DNA from: an uncultured bacterium | Lineage (GTDB): Bacteria; Hydrothermota; Tepidihabitantia; Tepidihabitantales; Tepidihabitantaceae | Direction of reading: 5' to 3' | DNA length: 44,326 bases | NCBI GenBank assembly: GCA_964592755.1 | Contig: CAZQFS010000004.1 | Location: 1 to 44,326 of the forward strand | Shown: in pieces, positions 34,922-42,101 of the stretch | Position numbering within the stretch: the stretch's first letter is position 1 | Layout: every line of letters begins with the position of its first letter | Position numbers and translations under genes: made by a program | The notes under the pieces: generated by a model | The model's input: only the letters and a program-made list of their open reading frames with translations | Databases searched by the model: none | Told to the model about the DNA's origin: nothing

Positions 34922-36184
34922 ATGGCCCTGATGCAGTTCATCGCCGACCTGCACATCCACTCGCGGTTCTCGCGCGCCACCAGCCGAGACATGGACATCC
35001 CGGCGCTCTCGGTCGCGGCCAAGACCAAAGGCATCAAGCTGCTTGCCACCGGCGACTTCACCCACCCTGAGTACTTCGCGTCGCTGAAGGCGAATCTGAC
35101 ACCGACCGGCAACGGCCTGTTCGTGCACGACGACACCCGCTTCATACTCAACGTGGAGCTGAACAGCATCTACACCTCGGGCGGACGGTTGCGCCGTGTC
35201 CACAACATGGTCTTTGTTCCCAGTTTCGAGACAGCGGCCCGGCTGACCGCCTGGCTCGACCGCTACGGCAAGCTGGCTTCCGACGGTCGGCCGACGCTCA
35301 GCGTCTCCAGCCGCGATATCCTGGCCAAGGTGCTGGAGCTTGACGCACGTGCTTTCGTCGTGCCGGCGCACATCTGGACCCCGTGGTTTTCTTTGTACGG
35401 CTCGAACTCCGGGTTCGACACCATCGAGGAGTGCTTCGGCGATTTGTCGCAGGAGATTTTCGCGGTCGAGACCGGGCTGTCGAGCGACCCGCCGATGAAC
35501 TGGCGGCTGTCGGCCCTTGACCGTTGCACGCTCATCTCCAACTCGGACGCACACTCACCCAACCGGCTGGGCCGGGAGGCGAATGTCTTCGACTGCGAGC
35601 TGACCTACGACGGCATCCGTCTGGCCCTCAAGAACCAGGACCGGACTCAGTTCCTCTACACCATCGAGTTCTTCCCGGAAGAAGGCAAGTACCACTTTGA
35701 CGGACATCGGGCCTGCGGTGTCAGCCTGGCCCCGAGCCAGTCGCTCCTGAACAGCAACCTCTGCCCGGTCTGCGGCCGGCAACTGACCGTCGGCGTGCTC
35801 CACCGGGTCGAAGAGCTGGCCGACCGCAAGCCAGAGGAGGTACCGCAGGACCGCATTCCGTTCAAGCACCTGGTTCCGCTCGAAGAGATTATCGGTGAGG
35901 CGCTGGGTATGGGGCGCGATACTGCGGGCGTGCGCAAGGTATACGACAGTCTGGTCAGGGCATTGGGCAGCGAGTTCGAAGTCCTGCTCAACGCGCCGAC
36001 GAGCGAGATTGCCCTGCATGGCGGTGAGCGGGTGGCGCTCGGCGTCGAACGGATGCGGGCGGGCGAGGTGCAGGCAACTGCCGGCTATGACGGTGTGTTC
36101 GGCGTCGTGCGGGTGCTGCCCGACTCCGCGGCGCGGTCCGTAGCAAGAGAGGTCGAACCCGGACAGCAGATGGGGCTTTTCTGA
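34922..36184 (+). CDS. Endonuclease Q (EndoQ) family PHP-domain protein
   Basis: FIADLHIHSRFSRATS, ATGDFTHP, VHNMVFVP, PAHIWTPWFSLY, ISNSDAHSPNRLGREAN, GKYH, Zn finger CPVCGRQLTVGVLHRVEELAD. These run collinear with archaeal EndoQ as I recall it. The start is ATG 34922 or 34931. Confidence 0.85.
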   Translation: MALMQFIADLHIHSRFSRATSRDMDIPALSVAAKTKGIKLLATGDFTHPEYFASLKANLTPTGNGLFVHDDTRFILNVELNSIYTSGGRLRRVHNMVFVPSFETAARLTAWLDRYGKLASDGRPTLSVSSRDILAKVLELDARAFVVPAHIWTPWFSLYGSNSGFDTIEECFGDLSQEIFAVETGLSSDPPMNWRLSALDRCTLISNSDAHSPNRLGREANVFDCELTYDGIRLALKNQDRTQFLYTIEFFPEEGKYHFDGHRACGVSLAPSQSLLNSNLCPVCGRQLTVGVLHRVEELADRKPEEVPQDRIPFKHLVPLEEIIGEALGMGRDTAGVRKVYDSLVRALGSEFEVLLNAPTSEIALHGGERVALGVERMRAGEVQATAGYDGVFGVVRVLPDSAARSVAREVEPGQQMGLF

Positions 36185-36192
36185 AAAGCCAG

Positions 36193-36735
36193 ATGGCGGG
36201 GACAAAGCTGTTGTGGGCGCCGTGGCGGGCCGAGTACATCAACTCCGCGCCCTGCAAGAACTCAACCGGGAAGCGGCACTGCCTGTTCTGCCGGACACTG
36301 GCGGCTCGGGACGACGAGGCCCGGCTGGTGCTGCTTCGCTCCCGGCTGGGCATGGTGATGATGAATCGGTTCCCCTATAACAACGGCCATCTGATGGCCG
36401 CGCCGGTACGGCACGTGGCTCGGTTTGAGCGGTTGACCGCGGCCGAAGGCAGGGAGCTGTTCGGCCTGATTCAACGCTGCATCACCGTGCTGCGGCGCGA
36501 GCTCCACCCTTCGGGATTCAACGTCGGTCTGAATCTGGGACGGTCTGCCGGCGCGGGTGTGGCCGGACATCTGCACGTTCACATCGTTCCCCGCTGGTTC
36601 GGTGATGTCAACTTCATGCCCCTCCTGGGCGAAACCAAGGTAATCAGCGAGCACCTGCATGAGACATACCAGCGCCTGCGGCGCGGATTCTCACCACAAA
36701 GACACAAAGGCACTAAGAGGGCTCGGGAGCAATGA
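36193..36735 (+). CDS. HIT-family nucleotide hydrolase/transferase (Ap4A-phosphorylase-like branch)
   Basis: LWAPWRAEYI, NRFPYNNGHLM, histidine triad GHLHVHIVPRW. The last ~15 codons (..SPQRHKGTKRAREQ) are encoded by the left inverted repeat of the adjacent element. Confidence 0.85.
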   Translation: MAGTKLLWAPWRAEYINSAPCKNSTGKRHCLFCRTLAARDDEARLVLLRSRLGMVMMNRFPYNNGHLMAAPVRHVARFERLTAAEGRELFGLIQRCITVLRRELHPSGFNVGLNLGRSAGAGVAGHLHVHIVPRWFGDVNFMPLLGETKVISEHLHETYQRLRRGFSPQRHKGTKRAREQ

Positions 36736-37182
36736 AGACAGCGGAATCCCCTGGCCTGATATCGCGGCCAGGACCCATACCCGTCGAAACCGAACAGACG
36801 GCCAGTGAAGTTGTAGACGCTGCATTGAAAGTGCACAGGACTCTCGGCGCAGGGCTACTGGAGTCCGTGTACGAAACGTGCCTGGCCTACGAACTGCGCC
36901 GCCGAGGCGCACGGGTGGAAACGCAGGTAGCGCTGCCGGTCGTCTACGACGGCGTGAAGCTCGACGCTGGTCTGCGACTCGACATGCTGGTCAGGGACTG
37001 CGTCGTCGTGGAGGTGAAGTCGGTCGAAAACCTGAACCCGGTCTTTCAAGCGCAGCTTCTCACGTATCTCAGGCTGACCGGGCACCGTCTGGGCCTGCTG
37101 GTGAACTTCAATGTCCCGCTCATCAGGGACGGCATCAAACGTATCGTCCTCTGAACTTATGTGTCTTTGTGTCTTGGTGGTC
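36692..37182. mobile_element. Candidate inverted-repeat-bounded cassette carrying the GxxExxY gene
   Basis: Left arm 36692-36713 is CACCACAAAGACACAAAGGCAC. The reverse complement of 37161-37182 is GACCACCAAGACACAAAGACAC. 19/22 positions are identical. The arms enclose only the GxxExxY CDS. No target-site duplication is evident. Confidence 0.4.
36732..37154 (+). CDS. GxxExxY protein (PD-(D/E)XK nuclease-fold family)
   Basis: VVDAALKVHRTLGAGLLESVYETCLAYELRRRG...LDMLVRDCVVVEVKSVENLNPVFQAQLLTYLRLTGHRLGLLVNFNV..IRDGIKRIV is a near-consensus GxxExxY family sequence. The ATG overlaps the HIT stop (ATGA). Confidence 0.9.
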   Translation: MKTAESPGLISRPGPIPVETEQTASEVVDAALKVHRTLGAGLLESVYETCLAYELRRRGARVETQVALPVVYDGVKLDAGLRLDMLVRDCVVVEVKSVENLNPVFQAQLLTYLRLTGHRLGLLVNFNVPLIRDGIKRIVL

Positions 37183-37202
37183 AGGTTGACCGGAGTCTCT
37201 TT

Positions 37203-37889
37203 GTGATTAAGGCTGTTGTCTTCGACGTGGACAACACCCTCGTGGACTTCATGAAGATGAAGGACGCGGCGGTGGCGGCCGCGATTGACGCGATGATTGA
37301 CGCCGGACTCGACCTGACGCATGAGCAGGCGCACAAGAAAATCCACGAAATCTACCGCGAGCGGGGTATCGAGTTCCAGCAGGTGTTCGACGAGTTCCTC
37401 CAGAGCGTGCTCGGCTACATCGACTACCGGATTCTGGCCAACGGGATTCTCGCCTATCGACGGGGCCGGGAAGGTGTGCTCGTGGCATACCCTCATGTCC
37501 GCATGGCCCTGCTGCGGCTGGTGCGCATGGGCCTTGCGCTGGGCGTGGTGTCGGACGCGCCCAAGCTCCAGGCCTGGATGCGCCTCTGCTCGCTCGGGGT
37601 GGACGGCTTCTTTGACGTGGTCGTCACCTTTGACGACACGGGCAGGCGCAAGCCTGCTCCCGAACCATTCCAGAAGGCGCTTGAGCTGCTCAAGGTTCAG
37701 CCCCACGAGGCGGTGATGGTCGGCGACTGGGCCGAGCGTGACATAGTCGGCGCGAAGACAATCGGCATGCACACGGTCTTCGCCCGCTACGGTGACACCT
37801 TCGGCACTCAGCACGCCGGCGCCGACTTTGAGATTGACGACATCCTTGAGCTCATCCCGGTCATCGAGCGGCTGAACGGGACGGCCTGA
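37203..37889 (+). CDS. HAD-superfamily hydrolase (subfamily IA-like)
   Basis: GTG at 37203 preferred, because the track ORF start at 37161 lies inside the right inverted repeat. Motif I VVFDVDNTL, motif II GVVSDA, motif III K...MVGDWAERD. Confidence 0.85.
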   Translation: MIKAVVFDVDNTLVDFMKMKDAAVAAAIDAMIDAGLDLTHEQAHKKIHEIYRERGIEFQQVFDEFLQSVLGYIDYRILANGILAYRRGREGVLVAYPHVRMALLRLVRMGLALGVVSDAPKLQAWMRLCSLGVDGFFDVVVTFDDTGRRKPAPEPFQKALELLKVQPHEAVMVGDWAERDIVGAKTIGMHTVFARYGDTFGTQHAGADFEIDDILELIPVIERLNGTA

Positions 37890-37912
37890 GAACAGGCCGC
37901 GGACAGAATGCT

Positions 37913-37981
37913 CACGACAAAGACACCAAGGCACAGAGGGGTTCCGGTCCGGGACCTTCGTATCTTCGTGTCTTCGTGGTA
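37913..37981. repeat. Cargo-less hairpin copy (MITE-like) of the AAGACAC-type inverted-repeat element
   Basis: Left arm 37913-37934 is CACGACAAAGACACCAAGGCAC, 20/22 identical to the arm at 36692. The reverse complement of 37960-37981 is TACCACGAAGACACGAAGATAC. A 25-nt spacer separates the arms. Lies between the HAD gene and acpS. Confidence 0.5.
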
Positions 37982-37991
37982 GCCATCTCCG

Positions 37992-38363
37992 ATGGCGGTT
38001 TTCGGCGTCGGCATTGACCTGGTGAAAGTGGAGCGCATCCGACAGGCGCTCGAGCGGTTTCCTGCCCGTTTTCGCACCCGCGTCTTCACGGCCGGTGAAG
38101 TCTCCTTCTGCGAGGCCGTTGGGCACAAGTACCTGTCGTATGCCGGCCGGTTCGCTGCCAAGGAGGCGTTCGCCAAGGCGCTCGGTACCGGCCTGCGCGG
38201 CGCGATCGGCTGGAACGAAATCGAAGTCCGGGACAACGAGCGGACGCGGCCGACGATTGCGGTATCAGGCCGGGCCGCGCAGATTCTCGGAGAGAAGAAG
38301 ACCCACCTGAGCATCACCCATCTCGACGACTACGCCGCCGCGGTCGTGGTCATCGAGGAATAG
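37992..38363 (+). CDS. acpS: Holo-[acyl-carrier-protein] synthase
   Basis: 123 aa. GVGIDLVKVERI, RFAAKEAFAKALGTG, WNEIEV, LSITH. Confidence 0.9.
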   Translation: MAVFGVGIDLVKVERIRQALERFPARFRTRVFTAGEVSFCEAVGHKYLSYAGRFAAKEAFAKALGTGLRGAIGWNEIEVRDNERTRPTIAVSGRAAQILGEKKTHLSITHLDDYAAAVVVIEE

Positions 38364-38367
38364 CCGC

Positions 38368-38467
38368 CATTCCACGTCCCACATCTCTCGTCTTACTTCC
38401 CTTCTCCTCCATCTTACTTCTCTCATCTAACTTCTATCATCTCACCTCTCTGATCCTGCTTCTCTCC
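38368..38467. repeat. Polypyrimidine (CT-rich, nearly G-free) low-complexity tract with internal direct repeats
   Basis: I count only 4 G in these 100 plus-strand nt. TCTTACTTC occurs at 38391-38399 and 38412-38420. The tract lies between acpS and the topA promoter and contrasts sharply with the GC-rich surroundings. Confidence 0.7.
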
Positions 38468-38482
38468 GCGCAGCCCCGTTAT

Positions 38483-38510
38483 TTGACACCGCGACACAAG
38501 ACACTATTCT
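38483..38510 (+). promoter_or_regulatory. Sigma70-type promoter (TTGACA-16 nt-TATTCT), 9 nt upstream of the topA ATG
   Basis: TTGACA at 38483-38488 and TATTCT at 38505-38510. The ATG is at 38520 with no Shine-Dalgarno sequence in between. Confidence 0.4.
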
Positions 38511-38519
38511 ACTCACCGC

Positions 38520-40799
38520 ATGCCGACCAAGAAGAAACCGCCACTGACCACGCGCCGCGCTGAGCCCCAGGGCCGCGCCCGCGACCTGCTGATTGTCGAG
38601 TCGCCGACCAAGGCGCGGACCATCAGCCGGCTGCTCGACGGCCGGATGAAGGTGCTTTCGTCGCGCGGCCACATCGCCGACCTGCCCAAGTCGAGACTGG
38701 GCGTGGACATCGCGCACGGGTTTGAGCCCGAGTACATTCGCATCCGGGGCAAAGCCCAGATAATCAACGAGCTGAAAGCCGAGGCGCGCGCCGCCCGCAC
38801 CGTCTACCTCGGCTGCGACCCGGACCGCGAAGGCGAGGCCATCGCCTTCTCGGTCGCGTTCGAAATCCGCGACGGCAGCCCCATCAAGCGCGTGCTCCTG
38901 TTCGAAATCACGCCCAAAGGTATCAAGGAGGCGTTTGCCGAACCGGTGGAGCTCAACATGAACAAAGTCAACTCGCACCGGGCGCGCCGCGTGCTCGACC
39001 GTTTGGTCGGCTACCTGGTCTCGCCGCTGCTCTGGAAGATAGTCCGCGGCGGGCTCTCCGCCGGCCGGGTGCAGACCGTGGCCCTGCGCCTCATCGTCGA
39101 GCGCGAGCGCGAGATTCAGGCGTTCAAGCCCGAGGAGTACTGGCTGGTCAAGGCCGTGTTCGCCACGCGCGGCGGCCAGACATTCGAGGCCGTCCTCGCC
39201 AAGGTCAGGGGCGAGGACGCGAAGCTGCGCAGCAAGGCCGAGGTTGACAAGGTCGAAGCCGGCTGCCGGACCGCGGCTTTCCGCGTCGAACTGGTCAAGC
39301 AGCGTGAGCGCCGGCGCCGGCCCCTGCCGCCGTTCGTCACCGCGACGATGCAGCAGGACGCGGTGCAGCGCCTCGGGTTCTCGGCCCAGCGGGCGATGCG
39401 CGCCGCCCAGCAGTTGTTCGAAGGCATCGAACTGGGCAGAGAAACGGCCGGCCTCATCACCTACCCGCGCACCGATTCGTTCCGCGTCGCCGATGCCTTT
39501 GTCGCCGACACCCGGGACTTTGTCGCCCGCCACTACGGCCCTGAGTTCCTGCCCGAGAAGCCGCGGCACTACCCGGACCGCAAAGGCACCCAGGGCGCGC
39601 ACGAGGCAATCCGTCCGACGCGCATCGACCGCACGCCCGATTCGGTCAAGGCCTTTCTCACCCCGGACCAGTTCCGGCTCTACGACCTCATCTACCGCCG
39701 GTTCATGGCCAGTCAGATGGCCGACGCGGTGTACTCCCTGACCGAGGTTTCGGTCGCGGGCGGCGACTACCTGTTCAAGACCGACGCGGTGCGCTGCGCG
39801 TTTGCCGGGTTCGAGCGTGTGTACGGCGACCCGGACAAGGAGCACTCCCTGCCCGAACTCGCGCCCGGCGAGCCGCTGGCCATGAACCAGTTCAACCCGG
39901 AACAGAAGTTCACCCAGCCCCCGGCCCGATTCAGTGAGGCGACGCTCATCAAGCGCCTGGAAACCAACGGCATCGGCCGGCCCTCGACCTACGCCACCAT
40001 CGTCGGCACGCTCTTCGACCGCAAATACGCCGAGCGCAAGGAGGGCCGGCTGCACCCGACCGAGCTCGGCATGGTCGTCAACGACGTGCTCATTCCCCGC
40101 TTTGCCAACGTGTTTGAGGTCGGGTTCACCCGCGAGATGGAAAAGGAACTCGACCTTGTCGAAGAAGGCAGCGAACCCTGGCAGGAAGTCGTCGGCCGAT
40201 TCTACCGTCCGTTCAAGGAAGACCTGGACCGGGTCGCCGACGGTGCGGCCGGCATCCGCGAGGACATCCATCAGGAACTGAACGAAAAGTGCCCCGAGTG
40301 CGGTGCGAACCTCGTCGAGCGGTGGGGCCGGTTCGGCAAGTTCATCGCCTGCGGCAAGTACCCCGAGTGCAAGTACATCAAAAAGACCCCGCCGAAGCTC
40401 CTGGAAGAAAAGTGCCCGGACTGCGGCCGGCAACTGGCCGAACGCCGCGGCCGGTTCGGGCCCTTCAAAGCCTGCTCCGGCTACCCGGAGTGCAAATACA
40501 TCAAACGCGAGGAGACGAAAGACCTAAAAGCCGGTGACCCGTGCCCGCAGTGCGGCAAACCGCTCGCCGACAAGCAGGGCCGGATGGGCGCGTTTGTCGG
40601 CTGCTCCGGCTACCCGGAATGCCGGTTCCTCGTGCGCTCCCGGCGGCCCGAGCCCAAGCTCCTGGACGAAAAGTGCCCGCAGTGCGGCAAACCGATGGTC
40701 GAGCGTCAGGGTCGGTTCGGGCCCTTCAAAGCCTGCTCCGGCTACCCCGGCTGCAAGTACATCAAGAAAGAACCGCGCAAGCCGGCCTCAAAGTCATGA
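38520..40799 (+). CDS. topA: DNA topoisomerase I with five C-terminal zinc-ribbon modules
   Basis: TOPRIM LLIVESPTKARTI...DPDREGEAI. Active-site region GLITYPRTDS. C-terminal repeats of CPxCGxxL....GRFGxFxACxGYPxCKY. Confidence 0.95.
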   Translation: MPTKKKPPLTTRRAEPQGRARDLLIVESPTKARTISRLLDGRMKVLSSRGHIADLPKSRLGVDIAHGFEPEYIRIRGKAQIINELKAEARAARTVYLGCDPDREGEAIAFSVAFEIRDGSPIKRVLLFEITPKGIKEAFAEPVELNMNKVNSHRARRVLDRLVGYLVSPLLWKIVRGGLSAGRVQTVALRLIVEREREIQAFKPEEYWLVKAVFATRGGQTFEAVLAKVRGEDAKLRSKAEVDKVEAGCRTAAFRVELVKQRERRRRPLPPFVTATMQQDAVQRLGFSAQRAMRAAQQLFEGIELGRETAGLITYPRTDSFRVADAFVADTRDFVARHYGPEFLPEKPRHYPDRKGTQGAHEAIRPTRIDRTPDSVKAFLTPDQFRLYDLIYRRFMASQMADAVYSLTEVSVAGGDYLFKTDAVRCAFAGFERVYGDPDKEHSLPELAPGEPLAMNQFNPEQKFTQPPARFSEATLIKRLETNGIGRPSTYATIVGTLFDRKYAERKEGRLHPTELGMVVNDVLIPRFANVFEVGFTREMEKELDLVEEGSEPWQEVVGRFYRPFKEDLDRVADGAAGIREDIHQELNEKCPECGANLVERWGRFGKFIACGKYPECKYIKKTPPKLLEEKCPDCGRQLAERRGRFGPFKACSGYPECKYIKREETKDLKAGDPCPQCGKPLADKQGRMGAFVGCSGYPECRFLVRSRRPEPKLLDEKCPQCGKPMVERQGRFGPFKACSGYPGCKYIKKEPRKPASKS

Positions 40800-41221
40800 G
40801 ACACACCAGAACCGGGCGCGGCTATCTTCTCCGGCTGGAGCGCGGCGAAGACATCATCGCGACCCTACGTCAGTTCGTCCGTACGAAGAAGATACCCTCA
40901 GGGACCTTCACCGGGCTCGGCGCTGCCGACCGGATAACGCTCGGCATGTTCGACCCGGCCCGCCGCACCTACCGCAAACGCCTGTTTCGGGGCGACCACG
41001 AGCTCGCGGCCCTGGTCGGCAACATCGCCTGGGACCGCGCAGACCCGGTCTGCCACACTCATGCCGTCATCAGCAACCGCAACATGCAGGCCTTTGCCGG
41101 CCACCTCTTCGCGGCCCGGGTCACGGTCACCTGTGAGCTCACGCTCCTTCCCGGCACCGGTCGGGTCCGGCGCTGTCTCGACCCCGCGACCGGGCTCAAA
41201 CTCTTAGACCTCGCCCGCTAA
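40796..41221 (+). CDS. PPC (DUF296) domain DNA-binding protein
   Basis: I used the internal ATG at 40796, which overlaps the topA stop (ATGA). GYLLRLERGEDIIATLRQFVRTKKIPSGTFTGLGA....HTHAVIS...AGHL matches the PPC/DUF296 pattern. The upstream part of the track ORF is an out-of-frame read of topA. Confidence 0.8.
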   Translation: MRHTRTGRGYLLRLERGEDIIATLRQFVRTKKIPSGTFTGLGAADRITLGMFDPARRTYRKRLFRGDHELAALVGNIAWDRADPVCHTHAVISNRNMQAFAGHLFAARVTVTCELTLLPGTGRVRRCLDPATGLKLLDLAR

Positions 41222-41463
41222 CCCGGCTCACCTCGACCGCGCCACCCCAGTGTTCGCGCCGGCCGCCGGCTGGAATCCGTCAGGCGCCAGGCAGCAGGAA
41301 CCTGGCGGCATGGCCTACTGCCTGCCGCCGCCCACTTTCCTGAGAGCAACCGAACCATCCCTCGCCTGCCGGCAAAACGGCGCGGCGAAAGCCGGGGACA
41401 ACGCCATGAGCAATGCCGCAACGAGACGCGGCCCAAGAACCTGCTCGGCAAGACAGGCAAGGG

Positions 41464-41571
41464 CTCAAGTGACTTCTCAGCCAATGGCTCAGACAACTGC
41501 TCAAACCGTTGTTCGAAGCATCACTCAAGAAACCACTCGCGGTATTGCTCGACGCAACGCCCGAAGTTAGG
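41464..41571. repeat. Degenerate 12-nt periodic repeat (about 9 units, CTCARnnnnnnn) in a gene-free region
   Basis: The units begin at 41464, 41476, 41488, 41500, 41512, 41524, 41536, 41548 and 41560. In that order they read CTCAAG, CTCAGC, CTCAGA, CTCAAA, TTCGAA, CTCAAG, CTCGCG, CTCGAC and CCCGAA. Confidence 0.5.
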
Positions 41572-41996
41572 CCCGCGCCAAAGCCCGGCGCAAGACCCGG
41601 CTGACAACCCGACCAAAAACGTGCCCCAAAACCGTCCCGGGAACGGCCTCCCGGCAGTACCCCCCTCGGGTAACTGAAGAAGAAGCGGCAAGTCCGGCCG
41701 CCAGCACCGTATAACACAGTGAGCGGGCACTGCGTTGGGGACATAACCCGAGTCGTCCGACGATTCGGGATTGTGTCCCCTGTCTGGAGCCACCTGCGCC
41801 TGAAGGCGCAGCCAGCGAAGGAGTTGGACATGTCAGAAGTCAGAGACCACAATGCAGAGGTCAGACTGCCAGGACGACAATCCGCGGTCCGCAAGCGCCA
41901 ATCCGAGCCCAGATAATCACAGCATAGCAGTCAGGACCACACCAATCGCCGGGCGCTGAGCCGGTCTGCGCCGGCATCGGCAACTGCCGGCCCGGT

Positions 41997-42024
41997 TTGA
42001 CTTTGCCCGTATTGTTGATAGACT
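41997..42024 (+). promoter_or_regulatory. Putative acpP promoter (TTGACT-16 nt-TAGACT with an upstream TG)
   Basis: TTGACT at 41997-42002, TGaTAGACT at 42016-42024. An approximately 70-nt leader contains a CGGCCG-AAAACAU-CGGCCG hairpin and then UAAGGAGGAACUG before the ATG. Confidence 0.35.
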
Positions 42025-42101
42025 ACACCGTTCGTAGCAGCTCGCAGCAACGTTACTCCGGCCGAAAACATCGGCCGCGATAAGTCCCTAAGGAGGAACT
42101 G

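Noticed and set aside
36855-38126. 423-aa minus-strand ORF
   Set aside because: It runs antisense across three independent, recognisable plus-strand genes (GxxExxY, HAD, acpS) and two repeat elements. It is not plausible as a gene.
38368-38467. CRISPR or other spaced-repeat array in the CT-rich tract
   Set aside because: The repeats are only 9 nt long and there are just two clear copies. There is no spacer architecture and no cas genes are present. It is low-complexity sequence.
38442-40433. 663-aa minus-strand ORF
   Set aside because: It is antisense to topA, which has TOPRIM, the active-site Tyr region and zinc ribbons. The translation has no domain-like features.
41685-41699. RNase P RNA, because GCGGCAAGUCCGGCC resembles the CR-I GAGGAAAGUCCGGGC motif
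   Set aside because: I could not find the partner P4 strand / CR-IV (ACAGAAnCCGGCUUA) or the CR-II/III-like GGUAA segments on either strand nearby. The match is probably chance in GC-rich DNA. An Infernal scan would settle it.
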